A stretch of DNA of 37,394 bases from an uncultured Bacilli bacterium (GTDB lineage: Bacteria > Bacillota_I > Bacilli_A > RF39 > UBA660), in contig CANQHT010000001.1 of the NCBI GenBank assembly GCA_947623705.1, positions 1 through 37,394 on the forward strand, read 5' to 3'. Made by a program: the position numbers and the translations under genes. Below are positions 33,712-37,394 of this stretch, in pieces (the stretch's first letter is position 1; the number at the start of each line of letters is the position of its first letter). Under the pieces are notes generated by a model. The model ran no database searches. It saw nothing but the letters and a program-made list of their open reading frames with translations, and was not told where the DNA came from.

Positions 33712-35376
33712 ATGAAATTTAAATATATATTATTTTTAATTATGGGTTTACTTTTTACTAATGTAGTTTATGCTGAAGATATTAGGAATATTAATATGGA
33801 TATTTATGTTGATAATAATGGTGATGCTCATATTAAAGAAAAATGGACTGTTAATATGAGTGAAGGCACGGAATTATTTAAGTCTTATTATAATATTCAA
33901 AATTCAGAAATAAAAGATTTTAGTGTTAAGATGAATGATATTCCATTTAATACTTTAAATACTTGGAATATTGATGCTTCTTTTGATGATAAAATGTATA
34001 AAGCTGGAATAAATTATGTTAGTGATGGTTATGAATTATGTTATGGTATTACTAAATATGGTACAAATAATTATGAAATGGATTATACAATTACGAATTT
34101 TGTTGTTAGTACTAGTGATAGTGATATGATTTATTTTAATTTAATTCCGGATGATATTTTTGAAAGTCCTGATAATATTTATATTAAGATTTATAGTGAT
34201 TTTAAGTATTCCAATAATTTAGATGTTTGGGGTTATGGTAATTATGGAGGAGAAGCTTATGTCTATGATGGTTATATCGAAATGCAACATGAAGATGAGT
34301 TAGATAGTGACGAATATATGACTATTTTAGTTAAATTTCCTAAAGGTACTTTTAATACAAAGGTTTCCTTAGATGAAGATTTTAATTATTACTATGATAT
34401 GGCGGAAGAAGGCGCTACTAGTTATATTGATGAAACTGATAACTTTAGTGTTAGTGATTTTTTCGTAACTATAATTGCTTTTATTGTTTATAGTTTACCA
34501 TTTATTATAGTCGTTATAGCTATATCCAGAGTTAATACTAGTGGTTATGGTACTAAAAAATTAAAATTTAATAAAGGTATTAAAAATGTTAAAGATGCCC
34601 CATATTTTAGAGATATTCCTTGTAATAAAAATATTTTTGAAGCTTATTGGGTAGCTTGTCAATTTGGCTTAGTTAAAAATAAAAATGACTTTTTAGGAGC
34701 TATTCTACTTAAATGGTTAAAAAATAAAAATATTGAAAATGTGGTAGTTAATACTAAAAAAAGTAAAAATGCTTTAAAATTTAATAATTCCAATGGTTTA
34801 AATGAAAAAGAGTTGGAATTATATGAAATGATGAGTGAAGCAAGTGAAGATGGTATTTTAGAAGATTATGAATTTACAAGATGGTGTAAAAATCATTATT
34901 CTAAGATATTAAAATGGTTTAATGAAGTAATTGATAATACCACAATGGAATATGTAAGCAAAGGATTAATAACTGAAGATAAAAAAGTATTTGGTACTAA
35001 TTATTTAGTAAATGATAGTATGCACGAATATGGGATGCAAATGGCTGGTTTAAAGAATTTCTTAAAAGATTTTTCGAATATTAAAGATCGTTATCCAATC
35101 GAAGTTAATTTATGGGAAGAATATTTAATGTATGCCCAAATATTTGGTATTGCTAAAGAAGTAGCCAAAGAATTTAAAAATTTATATCCTGATATTATTA
35201 CTGATGATTATTATAATGATATTATCTTTATTCATACGATATCATACAATGGAGTTTATGCCGCAACAACGGCAGAGCAAAGAGCTAGAAGTTATTCTGC
35301 TGGTGGTGGTGGATTCTCCTCTGGTGGTGGAGGCGGAGGTTCCTTCGGTAGTGGCGGAAGTATCGGTTATCGTTAA
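33712..35376 (+). CDS. DUF2207-type membrane protein with a Gly-rich C-terminal tail
   Basis: Signal peptide, central TM segments and C-terminal GGGGFSSGGGGGGSFGSGGS. This is the usual partner of LemA. Confidence 0.78.
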   Translation: MKFKYILFLIMGLLFTNVVYAEDIRNINMDIYVDNNGDAHIKEKWTVNMSEGTELFKSYYNIQNSEIKDFSVKMNDIPFNTLNTWNIDASFDDKMYKAGINYVSDGYELCYGITKYGTNNYEMDYTITNFVVSTSDSDMIYFNLIPDDIFESPDNIYIKIYSDFKYSNNLDVWGYGNYGGEAYVYDGYIEMQHEDELDSDEYMTILVKFPKGTFNTKVSLDEDFNYYYDMAEEGATSYIDETDNFSVSDFFVTIIAFIVYSLPFIIVVIAISRVNTSGYGTKKLKFNKGIKNVKDAPYFRDIPCNKNIFEAYWVACQFGLVKNKNDFLGAILLKWLKNKNIENVVVNTKKSKNALKFNNSNGLNEKELELYEMMSEASEDGILEDYEFTRWCKNHYSKILKWFNEVIDNTTMEYVSKGLITEDKKVFGTNYLVNDSMHEYGMQMAGLKNFLKDFSNIKDRYPIEVNLWEEYLMYAQIFGIAKEVAKEFKNLYPDIITDDYYNDIIFIHTISYNGVYAATTAEQRARSYSAGGGGFSSGGGGGGSFGSGGSIGYR

Positions 35377-35400
35377 GAGAGTAGAAATACTCTTTTTTTA
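35376..35400 (+). terminator. intrinsic terminator
   Basis: AGAGTA-gaaa-TACTCT, then T7. Confidence 0.6.
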
Positions 35401-35476
35401 TTGACACTTATTGACAAAAATAGGAAATACTAAAATCGACTGTTTTTCTTGACAATCGGGGGGGGTAGTTTATACT
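35401..35476 (+). promoter_or_regulatory. conserved promoter cassette copy B, with a G8 tract in the spacer
   Basis: Tandem TTGACA (35401, 35411). Then TTGACA (35449-35454), atcGGGGGGGGtagtt (16 nt), TATACT (35471-35476). Confidence 0.6.
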
Positions 35477-35502
35477 AAAAACATAGGATAGAGAGATGTT
35501 TT

Positions 35503-36990
35503 ATGGTAAAGAAAAATTATAAATTATTGATAGGATTTATATTAGGAATATTATTATCAGTTAGTGGCGTATATGCAGCGGAGACAATAATTGAAAGTAT
35601 AAATGTATCTTATGATAATAGTACTAGTGGTGGTAAATATACAACTGTGCAAGAATCAATTGATGAACTTTATGAAAAATCAGGATTATTAAAAGAAAAA
35701 TGGGTTGATAAAACACTTAATGGAGCAGATCCAGTTTTTGATAACACAAGCAAATTAATTCCAATAACTTTAGATGATGATGGAACAGTCCATTATGCCA
35801 ATCTATATACCAAATGGTATGATTATAGTAATAAAAAATGGGCCAATGCTATAATACTAATTGATAGTCCCAGTACAAATTATAAAACTGGAGATATAAT
35901 TTTAGAAAAAGACATTGAAAGTTATTTTGTTTGGATACCAAGATATCAATATAAAATATGGGATATGGGCAATTATGAAAAAGCAATTAATTTAGATGAT
36001 TTAAGTAGTATAACAGATTTAACCGCAAATATTAAAAGTATGTTTAATAGACCTAGGACAATTGACATTGTTTTTGGCAATGTTCAAAATGCTCCTAAAA
36101 TGGATGAAAGTGCTGCAAAGTTAGGTAGTTATTATACTCATCCAGCATTTACTTTAGGAAGTATTGATTTAAATGGCTTTTGGGTTGGAAAATTCAAAAC
36201 AGGAATAAATGGTACTAGTAGTGATAATGGCGTAGAAGATGGTAAAAAAATAATAATTAAACCTGGAGTATCATCATGGCGCGATAGTATTTTAAAGACT
36301 TTTTTTGATGCCGGGTATAATTATGAAAGAAATCTAGATAGTCATATATTAAAAAATACGGAATGGGGAGCAGTCGCCTATCTTTCCCATTCAGCATATG
36401 GTATTGGAACAAAGATAAATATTAATAATACTTCTAATTATATGACAGGTTATTCTGCTGTGCCAGATTTAGATAAAACTAATAATAGCAATTTTTTTGT
36501 AGATAATACTAACACAGCAAAAACTAAACCATATAATACTGAAATTGGATATTTAGCAAGTACAACTGGAAATATAACTGGTGTATATGATATGAGTGGT
36601 GGAGCTTGGGAATATGTGGCAGCTTGTATAAAAGGAATGCCTAAAAATAGTGGATTTACAACTAGTGAATTAGAAAATTATATTAATCAAGGATATATTG
36701 ATGGATATAAGGAAAATAGTAATATAGCTACATATAATAATCGCATTTTAGGAGATGCAACAGGTGAGATGGGACCTTTTTATGTTTTAAAAGAACGGAA
36801 TAATAATTCTTATCTTCATACCACATGGTACAATACTTCACTTAGTTTTATCGATTCAGTAACTCCTTGGTTTTGTCGAGGAGGTCTTGATATTCCTGAG
36901 TTGATGGATCAATTTGGAGCTTTTAGAGCAAGTGGAAATAAGGTATCATGGTCATCTTTTCGTATTGCTTTGAGTATTAAAAATAGTTAA
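35503..36990 (+). CDS. secreted protein, possibly with an FGE-sulfatase/SUMF1-like C-terminal domain
   Basis: Sec signal ...SGVYA|AE. The motifs GFWVGKFKTG, NTEWGAVAYLSHSAYG, VYDMSGGAWEYV and ...CRGG recall the FGE/SUMF1 fold. The assignment is tentative. Confidence 0.75.
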   Translation: MVKKNYKLLIGFILGILLSVSGVYAAETIIESINVSYDNSTSGGKYTTVQESIDELYEKSGLLKEKWVDKTLNGADPVFDNTSKLIPITLDDDGTVHYANLYTKWYDYSNKKWANAIILIDSPSTNYKTGDIILEKDIESYFVWIPRYQYKIWDMGNYEKAINLDDLSSITDLTANIKSMFNRPRTIDIVFGNVQNAPKMDESAAKLGSYYTHPAFTLGSIDLNGFWVGKFKTGINGTSSDNGVEDGKKIIIKPGVSSWRDSILKTFFDAGYNYERNLDSHILKNTEWGAVAYLSHSAYGIGTKININNTSNYMTGYSAVPDLDKTNNSNFFVDNTNTAKTKPYNTEIGYLASTTGNITGVYDMSGGAWEYVAACIKGMPKNSGFTTSELENYINQGYIDGYKENSNIATYNNRILGDATGEMGPFYVLKERNNNSYLHTTWYNTSLSFIDSVTPWFCRGGLDIPELMDQFGAFRASGNKVSWSSFRIALSIKNS

Positions 36991-37002
36991 ATATTAAAAT
37001 AG

Positions 37003-37029
37003 AGATGATTTAATTCATCTTTATTTTTT
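37003..37029 (+). terminator. intrinsic terminator
   Basis: AGATGA-tttaat-TCATCT, then TTATTTTTT. Confidence 0.65.
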
Positions 37030-37109
37030 GACATTTTATTTACAAAAATTTGAGAAAATATAAGGTTCTTGCAAAAATCTCTTGATTTTCGGGGGGGGTA
37101 ATATATACT
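37028..37109 (+). promoter_or_regulatory. conserved promoter cassette copy C, with a G8 tract in the spacer
   Basis: TTGACA (37028). Then TTGATT (37082-37087), ttcGGGGGGGGtaata (16 nt), TATACT (37104-37109). Confidence 0.6.
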
Positions 37110-37239
37110 AATCTTATAGTATAAAGTGTGTCAACTATCATACAAAATGATTTCATAATTTAAAATGATGTGATATACTTAATGCGTATAGTATAACAAT
37201 ATTAATTATTGCTTATACTAAAGGAAAGAGGAGTATATA

Positions 37240-37394
37240 ATGAACGAAGAGAACAAAAGAAAGGCCATAATATTAACATTTATTGGAGCCTTAACATTAT
37301 TATTTGTCGTAGTAGGAGGAACATTTGCCTACTTTCAAATAGTAAATACTGATGAAGGGAGTACAAGTACAGATTTTAATGCCCAAACAGATAA
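37240..37394 (+). CDS. 5' end of a paralogue of the 1473 gene (SipW-class signal peptide; partial, runs off the window)
   Basis: MNEENKRKAIILTFIGALTLLFVVVGGTFAYFQIVNT is nearly identical, in protein and DNA, to the N-terminus of the 1473 gene. AAGAGGAG RBS. Not in the ORF track because no stop codon lies in the window. Confidence 0.85.
   Translation, partial: MNEENKRKAIILTFIGALTLLFVVVGGTFAYFQIVNTDEGSTSTDFNAQTD

Noticed and set aside
35204-35404. A 66-aa plus-strand ORF overlapping the end of the DUF2207 gene in another frame.
   Set aside because: It is an alternative-frame reading of the Gly-rich (GGT/GGA) tail, with no RBS. The DUF2207 frame is the conserved one.
1-37394. Mollicutes-type genetic code 4 (TGA = Trp), considered because of the very low GC content.
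   Set aside because: TGA ends the SEDS gene (30441) and the LysR gene (13712) at the expected protein lengths. Trp is consistently TGG, and peptidoglycan-synthesis genes are present.

Overview
This is AT-rich DNA (roughly 27-30% GC by eye) from a low-GC Bacillota-type genome that uses the standard code. TGA terminates conserved genes and Trp is TGG. The backbone is housekeeping. It holds rplU-prp-rpmA with an L21-leader-like 5' UTR, then a rearranged cell-wall/division block: murG-murB-divIB, queH, a PcfJ-like gene, a class B PBP, mraY and a SEDS ftsW/spoVE-like gene. Genes for secreted or surface proteins and a LemA-DUF2207 pair follow.

Three things stand out:
1. The class B PBP gene is split into two fragments (11504..12750 and 27567..28218) by a 14,816-bp element. 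The element ends in a large serine recombinase and is bounded by a shared CAAnTTAC core. Joining the fragments in silico restores an in-frame 632-aa SpoVD-like PBP.
2. The element is not a phage or ICE. Its cargo is a LysR regulator plus a degenerate NUDIX protein, and a tightly coupled 13-gene operon:
   - an aminotransferase and two ATP-grasp ligases
   - an amino-acid ABC importer with an apparently circularly permuted binding protein
   - two APH-fold kinases
   - a radical SAM enzyme
   - a PNP-family enzyme and a nucleotidyltransferase
   - a NUDIX hydrolase and a HAD phosphatase
   This looks like an uncharacterised small-molecule pathway.
3. Three copies of a conserved promoter cassette carry a G7 or G8 tract inside the -35/-10 spacer. 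They precede secreted-protein genes, which suggests slipped-strand phase variation.

A small accessory islet (3963-6522) holds a Fic protein, a putative PBECR-like small protein behind a structured terminator-containing leader, and flanking direct repeats. No rRNA, tRNA or CRISPR arrays were seen.
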